33,000 nt of DNA from Octopus sinensis (Eukaryota). Positions 20,761 to 31,687 of this stretch are shown in pieces; position 1 is the stretch's first letter, and every line of letters begins with the position of its first letter. The notes beneath the pieces were generated by a model. The model did not search any database, was not told where the DNA came from, and saw only the letters and a program-made list of their open reading frames with translations. The stretch spans positions 465,001 through 498,000 of the forward strand of contig NW_021832430.1 in assembly GCF_006345805.1 (NCBI RefSeq). Direction: 5' to 3'. The position numbers were made by a program, and so were the translations under genes.

Positions 20761-21662
20761 TTGTGTGTATCAACCAGAAAAAGAAACTAATATTAATGAA
20801 TTTTGTAAATTAAAACTGATTAAGTAGAAAAATATAGCATTTTTTAAATGAATATTAAAGCTTGTTTTTTTACTCAATAGGAATATTTCGAGTTTTCTTT
20901 CTAAATGACATCTCTCCATTTCTCGTCTTTTAGTTCAATTTAGAGTTGAATAAGTTGAATTTAAGGCAAAATATTTCCAACCCAAATTAATTCTGAGCAA
21001 TTACCTTTATTAATAAAAAAACTAATTAACTAATTTTCTAACTAAGTTCAGAGCCTTCAAAGTGAGCAGATTTTCAAGAAAGTGCACGCACCTCCTTCCC
21101 TTCTTTCTCCTCTTCTCTGGTACTGTAGATTTTCAAGAAAGTGCAGTCCAGCAGCTCTCGCTGACTAAATATCAGGAAAGGACTGGATCGGCGATGTGCG
21201 GGTTGTCCAGGCTGCTAAAAAAAGTTTTGTGGAGGACTTTTAAGTTAATCTTTTTTATTAGCAATTCCCTATGAAGTTTGATCAACTTCACATTAATTTG
21301 GGTAGCACCTGTTTTGAGATTAATCGCAGGCTGTTATATTGGCGGCTGCACGGACAGACAAAAGAGGGTACCCAGCAAAAGACTGAAATGTTTGAGACAT
21401 GGGGGACTATGTGGATAGCTGTTCTTGGACGGGTGTTTTGTTTCAGTTGTAGGAACCGATGCCCTCTTGATTACCGATTTTTGTGGAGTCTCTGACATCC
21501 GTACCTCTGACTGGAAAACACCTGGGGTTCATGAGGTGTATAATTTCATTATAAAAAATTGCAAAAAAATCCATGATTGCATGTGTCGAGCAATCGAACA
21601 GTTTGCATTTGACAGTGGCTTGATTCCAGAGTGTTTATGTAATGGGGATTGGCCATTTATTA

Positions 21663-21959
21663 TGACCCAAACACTATTGCGCTTTATGGTTTCTGTTGGA
21701 GTGAGTGTGGATTACAGTCCGATAATAAAGTAATCCTAAACAAGTATACGAGATGGTCATTTTTTTCTTACAGTCAGAGTTCGCACTGACATTTCTTATT
21801 GTGCTTTTGAGGATGGTGATTTTTTTGACCTAAGCACTATTGCACTTTATGGTTGTGTTGAAGTGAGTGTGAATTACAGTAGGCTAATAAAATAACCCTG
21901 AACGAGTATACAAGATAGTCAGTTTTTTCTTACAGTGAGGGTTCCCACTGGCTTTTCTT
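21663..21959. repeat. Diverged direct repeat, two copies of about 135 bp with a 162-163 bp period
   Basis: 21663-21797 aligns with 21826-21959 (shared CACTATTGC, CTTTATGGTT, AGTGAGTGTG, ATTACAGT, AGTATAC, TTTTTTCTTACAGT). Confidence 0.85.
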
Positions 21960-21969
21960 GAAATGGAAT

Positions 21970-22320
21970 TTCGTTTATTGATCAAAAACAGACACCGAAA
22001 GAAAACAAGGAAAGATCGTTAACGGAGAGATTAAACGAGGCACCGAATTGTCTCTTTCATTGCGTATCCCCAATTATAGTCAGTGTTAAGAACTTTTCTC
22101 CAAGACCATCCGGATCGTGGGCACAGAGGATTCTTGCAAGCTTTCTAGCCTTCCTTCAAGTTGTACTCCATAAGCCAGTTTCAATACGAGACATCTTGTT
22201 TTTTCCAACTGTTCGACAAGGTAGTCACTCTCTTCCGTACGGTCTAAAAAATTACGAAATGATATATTTTTAGATAAAGGAATCATAATAAATAAATTCC
22301 AAGATGTTATCATCGATCCA
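21970..22320 (-). mobile_element. 3' remnant of an APE-type LINE, same family as 1-693 and 6960-8990
   Basis: LEKTRCLVLKLAYG parallels LEKTRRFAIKLAYK (element 1). 3' UTR shares TCTTTCGGT...TCAATAAA with element 1 and a 13-mer with element 2. Confidence 0.7.
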
Positions 22321-22681
22321 CAAAGACTTTGTGGCTGATTGTCTATTTTTTGTTGACAGAAAAATTAAATGTCGTTTTTTTCAAAAATTAAAAAATTCTG
22401 TTATCATTGATTTTTTGGATAATCCAGTCTGACAACCATAATTTAATTTGTATAATCAAAGCACTAGAGTCAAAATTTTAATTCTAAAATGGTTTAAATT
22501 TTCGCTAAAAAAGAAACCTCTAACAAGTATAGCCAGGTAGACTACTCTTTAGTATTTTAAACACTAGCAAAACAATTTTTGGGATAGTATTGTTCATTCT
22601 CTTCACAAAATTAAAATTTTATTTATCCAAACATTATTATCAAATATGGATTAAATGGTTAATTTTGATTGAAAAGTTATT

Positions 22682-23161
22682 TCAATCACCAATGTCTTGT
22701 TGCTTGAAGCGATTTTGTCTTCTCAGAAACGATCCTCCAGAAAACATGTCTTTGCATTGTGGGTGAATTGTCCAATAACTGTTTTTTGAAAAATGATTTT
22801 TTGCTTTTGATATTTTTATGAAGCAATCATTCAACGACAGATTGTGCCTTATCGAGTTTTTCCATTTATTGCCTTGAGTTTTATAGTAGGGGAAATGATA
22901 ACATATGGATTGATAAATTTCATCCAACGTAAGCATTCCAAGCGGGGATGCTTCAATTACCATTGTTATCAATGCGATGTAAGAATAAGGTGGTCTTACA
23001 TTTACAAAAAACCTATTTTCTCTAGCCAAGGCCAGAGATGCACTCCCACGGACTGAAATCTGTGTTTCATATTCCATTCCAGTAGAAAAGTTTGTATGAA
23101 AATCATTTCGAATGTTTGTGTTTTTAGTATATATTTTTTCTTTGAGTTGTTTATTGTACAT
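22682..23161 (-). CDS. Forkhead-box transcription factor, FoxA/FoxB-like, intronless
   Basis: Complete winged-helix domain RPPYSYIALITM...LTLDEIYQ...FPYY...WKNSIRHNLSLNDCFIK...YWTIHPQCKDMFSGGSFLRRQNRFK. Start is ATG 23161 or 23077. Subfamily not certain. Confidence 0.92.
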   Translation of the reverse strand: MYNKQLKEKIYTKNTNIRNDFHTNFSTGMEYETQISVRGSASLALARENRFFVNVRPPYSYIALITMVIEASPLGMLTLDEIYQSICYHFPYYKTQGNKWKNSIRHNLSLNDCFIKISKAKNHFSKNSYWTIHPQCKDMFSGGSFLRRQNRFKQQDIGD

Positions 23162-23959
23162 ATTAATTTCATTCGCTATAAAATTTTTATATATAAATAA
23201 TATTGCGTCTATTCTTTGAATATCCTCTACTTAAATAATTCATTTATTAGTGCTTAAAATCGAACATGTTTTTCTAGACGATCAAAATGTTTTGGCAAGT
23301 TATTTAATTTTCTTAATCAAAGGATACCGCGTAAGTGACTACTTAACTTAAATATAAATCCATAAACTGCTAAGTAAACACCTTTTAAATGTAATTTATA
23401 TGCTAATTGATAAGATTTAAGTAATTCAAACTAGTAGAATAATTTATTTAAACAAATCTAATAGGGAAATTTAGATATGCTTTTGATTTTTGTTAGTAAG
23501 ATGTCCATTGATATATTTATTTTGAGCATGGATTCTGAAGATGTTATATTTTGTGTGAAATAGTTTACTTTATGTTACTTCGCACTTTTATTCATTTCTG
23601 GTACTGGTATCGGCGATCTGGTATTTTAACACTTTAAAATGATCAATTTTTACTAAATTTTTAATTTTTAGTGTTATATTTTTTTAAATAAATTATTAAC
23701 ATTTTACAAAATATGATAATACTACGTCAACCATAAACTGTATAACTCTTAAAACAGAAGCATATTTTCAACGACAAAAGGTTAAAAAATAACACTAGAA
23801 ACAATTAAATGAAATTATTGAAAAGAATATTGAACGTTTATAGCAAAAAAAATTTTCCAAAAAGCTTTCTTGCCCCTATAACGATACGCATCATTTTTCT
23901 ATCTCCATTTATTTTCTTTACGTTTTTTTTATAAAATTTGATCACAAAAACTCAATTCC

Positions 23960-24420
23960 TTGAGCATGTGAGGAACAATTGTTCGATCCTGTAAAACTGA
24001 TCCCGTACAAGCATAATTCTGAATAAGGAGGAATTAGAGTTTCTCGAATTCAGTTTTGTACTTTGCACAAAATGTTTCTTAGATGTCCCCTTTCTTTTCC
24101 ACCAACCACCCAATGACTCTGGTGTCTCGTTCCATGTGCATATTTTTGATGAAAATACTTTGTTTCATATACTTCAACATATATTGGCAACATTGTAACT
24201 GGGTCAATTTCGCCAGTAGAAAAAGAATGGTCATCTACCCAATTATAGCATACATCTCGAAGAAAATTGCTCCAATCCACAGAGGTGTTGGAGGAAGTGC
24301 AATTTGACATCAATACAAACATTAACAAATCTACATCATGTGCCCAATAGAATGTAAAGTGAAATAAATAGATTAGTGTAAGATAGCCAAAGTCAACAAA
24401 TCTGAAGTTGGGAAGTAAAA
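23960..24420 (-). mobile_element. Merlin (IS1595/ISXO2-like) DDE transposase remnant
   Basis: FYWAH...NTSVDWSNFLRDVC...VEVYETKY..QKY.HG....HWVVGGKER...VQN*..ETLIP/LIQNY..GS matches the Merlin motif order (VEIDES, KRKYHRG, WVFGGIER, ETL...I). Stops and a frameshift; no TIRs found. Confidence 0.75.
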
Positions 24421-24675
24421 AATTCCAACTAGTATCTTATATTATTGTGTAAAGTGAGAGTGATTAGACAAGAAATTCTGGGCATATAGACTGTGACGAC
24501 TTGATAGGTAATCTAATATAGTTATTCCCGTGATCGCCGATCCAAACGAGGGAGATCCTTCTGAGCCGATGAATTATAAGAAAATTAATAAATAATTATT
24601 AATATTATAAATTAGAAAATATAATTACTCGGCAAAAACGCGTTTTAATTCGAGAGTGAGGTGGGTTTAAATAGA

Positions 24676-26477
24676 ATGTCTTCTGTCAAGTTAATAAATC
24701 CCAAAGCAGAGGTAGCGCGTGCTTCTCAAGCACTCTCGATAATAACAGAAGCCGCTAATGGATTAAAGGAGCTACTAAAAACAAATTTGGGGCCTCATGG
24801 AACTATAAAAATGTAATTATTGGAAAATAGTCGTAGGCTTGTGTCAGGAGCTGGGGATATAAAAATAACGAAGGATGGAAAGTGTTTAATGCACGAAATG
24901 GTAACAATGAGATTTAAAACCTGTCTAGCAAATAAGTAATCCGATCTGTTCGCTGATTGGTCGAGCCGTGACCGCGCAAGATGATATTTTGGGTGATGGA
25001 ACAACCTCGACTGTGTTGCTTATCTGCGAATTAGTTCAACAAGCAGGAATCTTTATAAGAGAGGTTGTCACGAGATAGTAACTGTAGGGTGTTCACCCTC
25101 AGTTGATTACAGATGGATTCAGATTGGCGAGAGATATGTTATTAGAGGATTTAGAGAGGTTTGCAGTGAGGAAAGATATTGACCGAGCGTTGCTGGTGAA
25201 AGTGGCAAAGACAGCATTGATGACAAAACTTTACGGAGATATGAGCTTGGCAGAAGTTAATATTTACGATTAATTGATAGAACATTGTTGATTCAGTGCT
25301 GGCAATTAAGACTACTGAGATAGACTTGCATATGATCGAGATTATGGAAATGATGCATCAAACCGATTGTGACAGTAATCTGATCTACGGAATTGTCCTT
25401 GACCATGGCGCTAGACATCCTGATATGCCCAAGAGAGCTACCAATGCATATATTCTTAGCTGTAATGTCTCGATGGAGTACGAAAAAAGGTCCTTAATTG
25501 CTCATATTGTTAGCGAGGTCAATTCTGGTTTCTTTTATCAAACTTCAGAGCAGAGGGATAAATTAGTGATTGGTGAGAGGCAGTTCTGCGATGAAAATGT
25601 GAAGAAAGTGATTGAACTAAAGAAGAGTGTTTGCAATGATGGAAATGGATTTGTCCTTATTAACCAGAAGGTGTGTTTTAATATTAATTAGCAGGGTATT
25701 GACCCAATCTCATTGGATGCGTTAGCAAGACATGAAATTATTGCTCTGAGACGGGCGAAGAGGAGGAATATGGAGAGAATTCCCCTCGCATGTGGAGGAT
25801 TTACTGTTAATTCGTTCGACCAGCTGTCCAAAGATTGTCTTGGTTTTGCAGGAAATGTTTATGAAACGAGTTTGGGAGAAGATAAGTTTACATTCCTCGA
25901 AGAGTGCAATAATCCTCGTTCTGTCACTCTACTCCTTAAAGGACAAAACAAGCACACACTTAACCAACTAAAGGATGCTGTACGGGATGGATTACGTGCT
26001 GTCAAAAATACTTTTGATGATAGTTTGTACTCTTTATATTATGTCTAGATTCCCTTGTTCCTGGTGCTGCTGCTTTTGAAATACGTGGGTCTCATCTTCT
26101 ATCCAAAGCAAATGTTATTGGAATGGAGAAGTGCGGTAGTCCAATATTATTTATTTACAGGAGTTGAGGTTTTTGCTAAAGCATTGGATGTGATACCAAA
26201 GACATTGGCCTCTAATGCTGGACATGACTCCCACCAATCGCTGGCCGCTTTAAAGGACTCGACTCTCTCTTACGTGGGACTAGACATGGTTACCGGTGGA
26301 GTGATGGATCCTGTTCGTGAAGGAGTATTTGATAATACTTGTGTTAAGGCACATTCGATCTCATCTGCGTATCTAATTTTATTTTTCCTCAGATGTGTTA
26401 TGGCTTCTAACTTGCTTCAGGTGGATGAGATTATGCGTGCCGGGATATCATCTGTAAAATCAGGATTGACCAACTAA
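24676..26477 (+). CDS. CCT6: T-complex protein 1 subunit zeta
   Basis: [88 protein letters not shown] and VDEIMRAG. Eight or nine GT-AG introns of 24-28 nt keep the frame. Confidence 0.96.
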
Positions 26478-26982
26478 CTGGCATTTTGTTTTTGGATTTG
26501 TTATTACGGTTATTTCCCAATTGCACCTGGTCTATTCTCTTTACTTCATTTAGTGTTAAATAAATAATTTATATGTGGATTAAAGTAACTTTCCTCAAAC
26601 TATTAAAATAAGTCCATAGCTACCTTATCTAAACTGCAGCCTTTGAGCTTGCAATACTAATAAAGTTGCTTATACCAGTAATGGAGAGACTTTAACTTTA
26701 AAGACTAACTATTGTTGTAAAAAAAAATTTCCTCGTTAAGAGGCTACTTTATTCTCCTTGCTTGGGTTTTTCCTTTGGTTCAGGGTTCTTCACATTTTTT
26801 ACAATTTTATTTTGAGACAATCTTTCAAACTCATCTGTGCCTGTACAGAGAGTTGTATGTCCATTTTTGCAAAATGTAATTTTGCCGCGTTTTTAGTATG
26901 ACAGTTCTTACGGATGTACTTTTTGCTAACTATAAAAGAAAAAACTATTTGATAATAACTACAAGTTAATTAATTAAAAGCT

Positions 26983-27093
26983 TCATGGGCGGGAAGCTGA
27001 CGCGATCGAGAAAGAGTTAGAGCGTACTATCGCAAGGGATATCCGCTCGAAAAACCATCTCGATTCGCGGGCGTCGCCTGTGATAGCAGACAT
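26983..27093 (-). mobile_element. Orphan 3'-terminal fragment of a CRE-like retrotransposon ORF
   Basis: Reads MSAITGDARESRWFFERISLAIVRSNSFSIASASRP*, resembling the TGD.RE..FL.QRLS.AIQRGNA.S terminus of CRE-type RLE proteins. It is a GC-rich island in AT-rich DNA. Confidence 0.65.
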
Positions 27094-29750
27094 AAAAGTA
27101 ATTTAAATTTAGCTAATTAATAAGATAAGGAAAGAATTCCGAAAGAATAACAAATACTTTAATTAAATCGGAGAAGGTTCTGTGCGAATCTATCCAAAAT
27201 AATGAGGCTAAATTGAATATTGAAGACTGCGAAAGCATGAATTTAGAAAAACGTTTTGAGTGGAAAGAGGTGAAAACAGGCCCCATTACTAGCATTTCTA
27301 AGCTATACAAGATATTACATGTGTCCACTCGAAATTTACGGACTTCGTCAAAACAACGGGCCCTTATTAATCAATGTATCAATAAAGAGTATCAAAAGCT
27401 GCTCTGACTGATTGGTTATGAAGGGGGTTGAATGCAACGCATTGCACTACTATTCATATTCCTGAAATATTTGAATATAGGTTTACAAACCTCAAAGAGT
27501 TGGCTTTGGGAAAGAAAATCTTTCTCACAGAACTGAAGTACTTTTTTTTTACAAGGAAACATAAATATTTGCAAGAAAGAAATTAAAGATAGCTATGTTA
27601 ATTAAAGTACTATATTGTGTATTAGAATTATACCAGTTCAGTCAATTACAAAAAGTTAAAATACATGTTGATTCTTCAATAATTACGAAGTAAAAACTGG
27701 AGTCTAGTGCGAAGAGGCAAACTGTGACGTGTGGCGCTGTGATAAACGACAATGAATAGATGATTAAGTCTTTAATCAAAATACAAAAGAAGGAAACGTT
27801 ATTCAGCTAAATATACCTCTATCTAGTTAACTTAATATTTTGATAATAGTAAGAACCCAATTAATTGTTTATGATGCATCTATTCAACATATTGTCATTC
27901 TTGTTGTCTAACGAATAAATTTATCGTAAAAATATTCAATATAGCCTCAAATAATAAATCTATAGTTGGTAAAATCACAAAATCAGAATAACAAATGACG
28001 ACGTCCTTTTATTTCGAATGTGCGCCGGCCAAATCTGCTGAAAGGAGGAAGAGTAGTTGATTTATAAACATTGATATTATTATAACAAAAAAATACCCAG
28101 AAACTGCTTTTGGCAAAATTCCGTTATTATTAAGAAATATATCCTTAATGTTCGTTTATTAAAAAAATGCATACTCCCTTTTCTTTGGCTTTATTATTTT
28201 GTTTTGAAACAAAGTATCTTGGTCTAACAAAATAAAAAAACGAACAGTTATTAACTAAACGAGCGTTTATCAACCACACTTTTCTTCGTTGTATAGCCCT
28301 TAGTTGATACAAGCTGGCACTTGAGTGCTACCTATTTTCATATTTACTTTGCTAACCTGAATTTTCGCACCTAAGTTCTCTTATTTCTTCTTTTAGTCCA
28401 TAAATTATTTTTTCGTAATAATCCATCATTATACTCGATTTAGTTGTCATACATAAAAATGTATTGTATCAATAAATGTGTTATTAACTTAAAATAACAC
28501 ATTTTATGTAATGACTAAATCCAGTAAAAATAAGTAAAATAGAGAGATAGCTTGTCCAGATAATATTGGTTCTAGCTTCTTCCTTCTGCCAGACTCACGG
28601 GCCGAGATAAAGCGTCTGTGTCTTTGACAGGTTCCATTGATATCTTGTGGTGGCTACTTTCTCCATTCATTTGCTTAGCTATGATTCACCGCCGTAACTG
28701 AGAATTTGTATTCCGAACGCATGCTATTTAATGTCTTTAATCACGATCGCCTGGACATAGGCAAGAGTTGAATCGTCGACTTTTAGAGAGCTTTGATGAT
28801 GTTTGTAAAATTTAGATACTACTCCATGCCATGCAGAACCAGTGGTATGACGTTCACATCTTCATTTTGCATTAACCTTAATTCGCTCGCAAAGAAATTG
28901 TATTTATATACTTTCTCGACTTCCACATGCTTCAAAGATTGTTGAGAAGTAATCCCAACGTCAATGAGCGTAATGATGTTCCGAGCATTGTCGTAGACAA
29001 AAATGTCCGGTTTATTTTTATTGACTTTAGTATCCGTCTTTATCGTCGTGTCCACCCGTATTTTGACCACCTCATTAGAGACAGTCGATTGAACGGAGTG
29101 GGTCTTCAACTTCCTAGATTGTATCTGCTCAATTAAGTACTTTCCTTGAAAACATTTCAAAACATTCGCTCGTTTTTATGCTCCACAAAGACCAATCTTT
29201 TTCCTAGTCGGTCTCTTGAAAAATAAAGTCTATGTTTGTTTCCAGGTTTTTAGTGTATTTGGTGGCGTATCAAAACCTTGCGCATATTTTTGTCAATATT
29301 CTCAAATTTGCATGATTCGATATCAATGAACCCAAATTAGTAGTATACAACGATAATGCATGCTCATTGACAGCCTTGAAAAAATTTGCAGAATTCAGCT
29401 TCGAGTCTGTCAGGCTATTAATTCTCTCCTCGACTGCTTCCAATATTGAGTTCATCGTGCGATTCTTCAGAACTCTGCTATCCTTGTCTTCCAATACTCC
29501 AAGGTAACGATAACCATCAATCCTGTCAAGCAGCTTAGCTTTCCCAATCAACTCTTCAAGATTAGTTGGAGACTCTTCAACGTTTTGCTCCAATCCGGCA
29601 GCTTAAAAGAATTGATCAACCTCGGCCATCATCCTCATTACAGTGTCTTCCTTCCGAGCAAACACTTTTAAGTCGTCCATGAATAACAAGTGGTTCATTG
29701 AGTCTTGCCTAACTTGTTGACTAACACATTTGGGAATTGTGAGCTCAATA

Positions 29751-31687
29751 CAGTATAACCTCCATTTGGGGCAGACCTCTGGCTTGGGGAACCTCTATTT
29801 TTGGGGAAACCTCTATTTTTGGGGTAGTTTGAAAAGGATATAATTTTTATGCGGTAATTTCCAAATTTAGAAATTACCGGAACCTCTAAGTGGGGCACAG
29901 GATTTTTAATTTATATACATATTTGCTATTAAAATTAAAATTAATTATATAAAATTTCATTTGGAAGCCTCGTGTAATTTTTGTATTCTTGTTGTTATGG
30001 CTCGTAAGCTTAGTCTTGAGTTAAAGATCAAAATTGCCAAGGAATTAAGTGAAAATAAACATCTTACTGAACGAGATATTGTAGATAAGTACAAAATTAG
30101 TAAAGGTTTTTTATTAATGTAAGTTTTTAGGCGCTGTGTCACGTATTAAAAAAAATTATCTCAATTTTTTTAATACTGGGGCTGTTCAAACAGATTTTCC
30201 CAGAAATATTCAACGCTCTCCTCATACTTTATCCCAAAAATTGGATAAAATTGTTTTTGAGGCTTTCACCAAGACAAGGGAAGAATTTATTCCTGTGTCC
30301 CGTCCTCTTTTAAAAAATATTGCTTCCAAAGTAGCAAGGATGTTGAATTATTCGGCGTTCAAAGGGTCCAATGGCTGGTTGGAAAAATTTAAGAAAAGAC
30401 ATATGTTGTCATTTAAGACAATTAGTGGAGAGAAAAACTCTTCCGATGTTTCTTCGCTTGATATGTTTTTTTCCAAGTATGATGAATACGTAAAAGAATA
30501 TGGTCTTCAAAATATTTTTAATTGCGACGAAACTGGGTTATATATTAAAAGGATACCTTCAAAATCATTTGTAAGTTCGGATGAAGATTGTTTCGGAATT
30601 AAAAGGAGTAAAGAAAAATTCACTATTCTTTTGTCGGTCAGTGCTTGTGGCGAAAAATTGAAGCCATTGTTAGTAGGAAAATATAAATCCCCACGTTGTA
30701 TGAAAAACTTTAACCCTGAAGAACATGGAGTTTCATATTCATCATCTAAAAACAGTTGGATGACATCAGAAATATTTATTACATGGCTCACCATTACAAA
30801 TGAACAAATGATTACGCAAAAGAGAAAAATTGTTTTGTTACTTGATAACGCAAGCTGTCACAAATATATCCATCTTTCCAACATTGAATTGTTTTTTCTC
30901 CCAAAAAATACAACCTCATTAATTCAACCGTTAGACATGGGTATTATTAAATCTTTCAAGTCCAATTATCTTAACGCTTTATTGGATTTTACTCTTTATT
31001 TTGAGGACGTCGAGTTACAAATTGTTAATTTAAAAAAAATAAATCTTCGTCATGTCAAAAAAAAAATAAATCTTCGTCATAATAATTGTTGGAAAAACAT
31101 GGCAAAATTTAAATCCTGAAACAATAACGAATTGTTGGGAAACAATTAATAACTATCGGCAACAGATTCCTAGTTCAAATTTTTTAGTTAACAGTGAGAA
31201 AGAAAATTTGGACACGATAATTGCAGACGTAATTGCTGAAAATGAAGAAGAAAATAATGATGAGTCAATATATGACCAAACTGAATGCAACTGTTCACAC
31301 TTGGACACGATAACAGCAATGAATAACCTTGAAGAGAATATTCACCGTTTGTTTCCCGATGCGTTAAAAGACTATTACAATTTCAGAAAAATATTGGGCA
31401 TACATATGAAGAAATCTGCAACAGGAAACAAAATAACAGATTATTTTCGTGTAATAGAATAAAAATTTTTTTCTACTTGAAAAATACTCTAATTATCAAT
31501 AAAATTAGTGGAAAACATGTTTAAATGTTCTTAAAAATACTTTATTTATTTATAAATTAATGAAAAATATGCTAAAACTATTAAAATTTTTATAAAAATA
31601 AAGAAAATTTCAGACCTCCATTTTTGGGGAAACCTCTATTTTTGGGGCAATTTTTCAAAATTGATGCCCCAAATGGAGGTTATACTG
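29751..31687 (+). mobile_element. Full-length pogo/Tigger (DD29D) DNA transposon, 1937 bp
   Basis: Perfect 23-bp TIRs CAGTATAACCTCCATTTGGGGCA (29751-29773 and inverted 31665-31687); TA duplication at 29749-29750 and 31688-31689; CENP-B-type transposase inside. Confidence 0.95.
29997..31462 (+). pseudogene. pogo/TIGD-type transposase with a 25-nt intron, frameshifted after the catalytic domain
   Basis: ATG 29997, intron 30106-30130. HTH-psq (KYKISKGAVSRIKK), CENP-B HTH (FKGSNGWLEKFKKRH) and the triad NCDETG / LLDNASCH / QPLDMGII with 29 residues between D2 and D3. Frame broken at about 31058-31079 and about 31140; the C-terminal piece runs to 31462. Confidence 0.88.

Noticed and set aside
21068-21145. 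19-bp direct repeat AGATTTTCAAGAAAGTGCA around a 40-nt pyrimidine-rich spacer (CRISPR-like or TSD)
   Set aside because: Only two copies, a eukaryotic context and no cas genes; probably a local slippage duplication.
26975-27100. GC-rich hairpin-forming island considered as an snRNA, SL RNA or other ncRNA
   Set aside because: No U1/U2/U4/U5/U6, Sm-site or tRNA motifs; the minus strand translates into a CRE C-terminal motif, which explains it better.
27213-27407. Short ORF vaguely resembling a Tc1/IS630 transposase linker
   Set aside because: No DDE motifs or TIRs found; similarity too weak to call.
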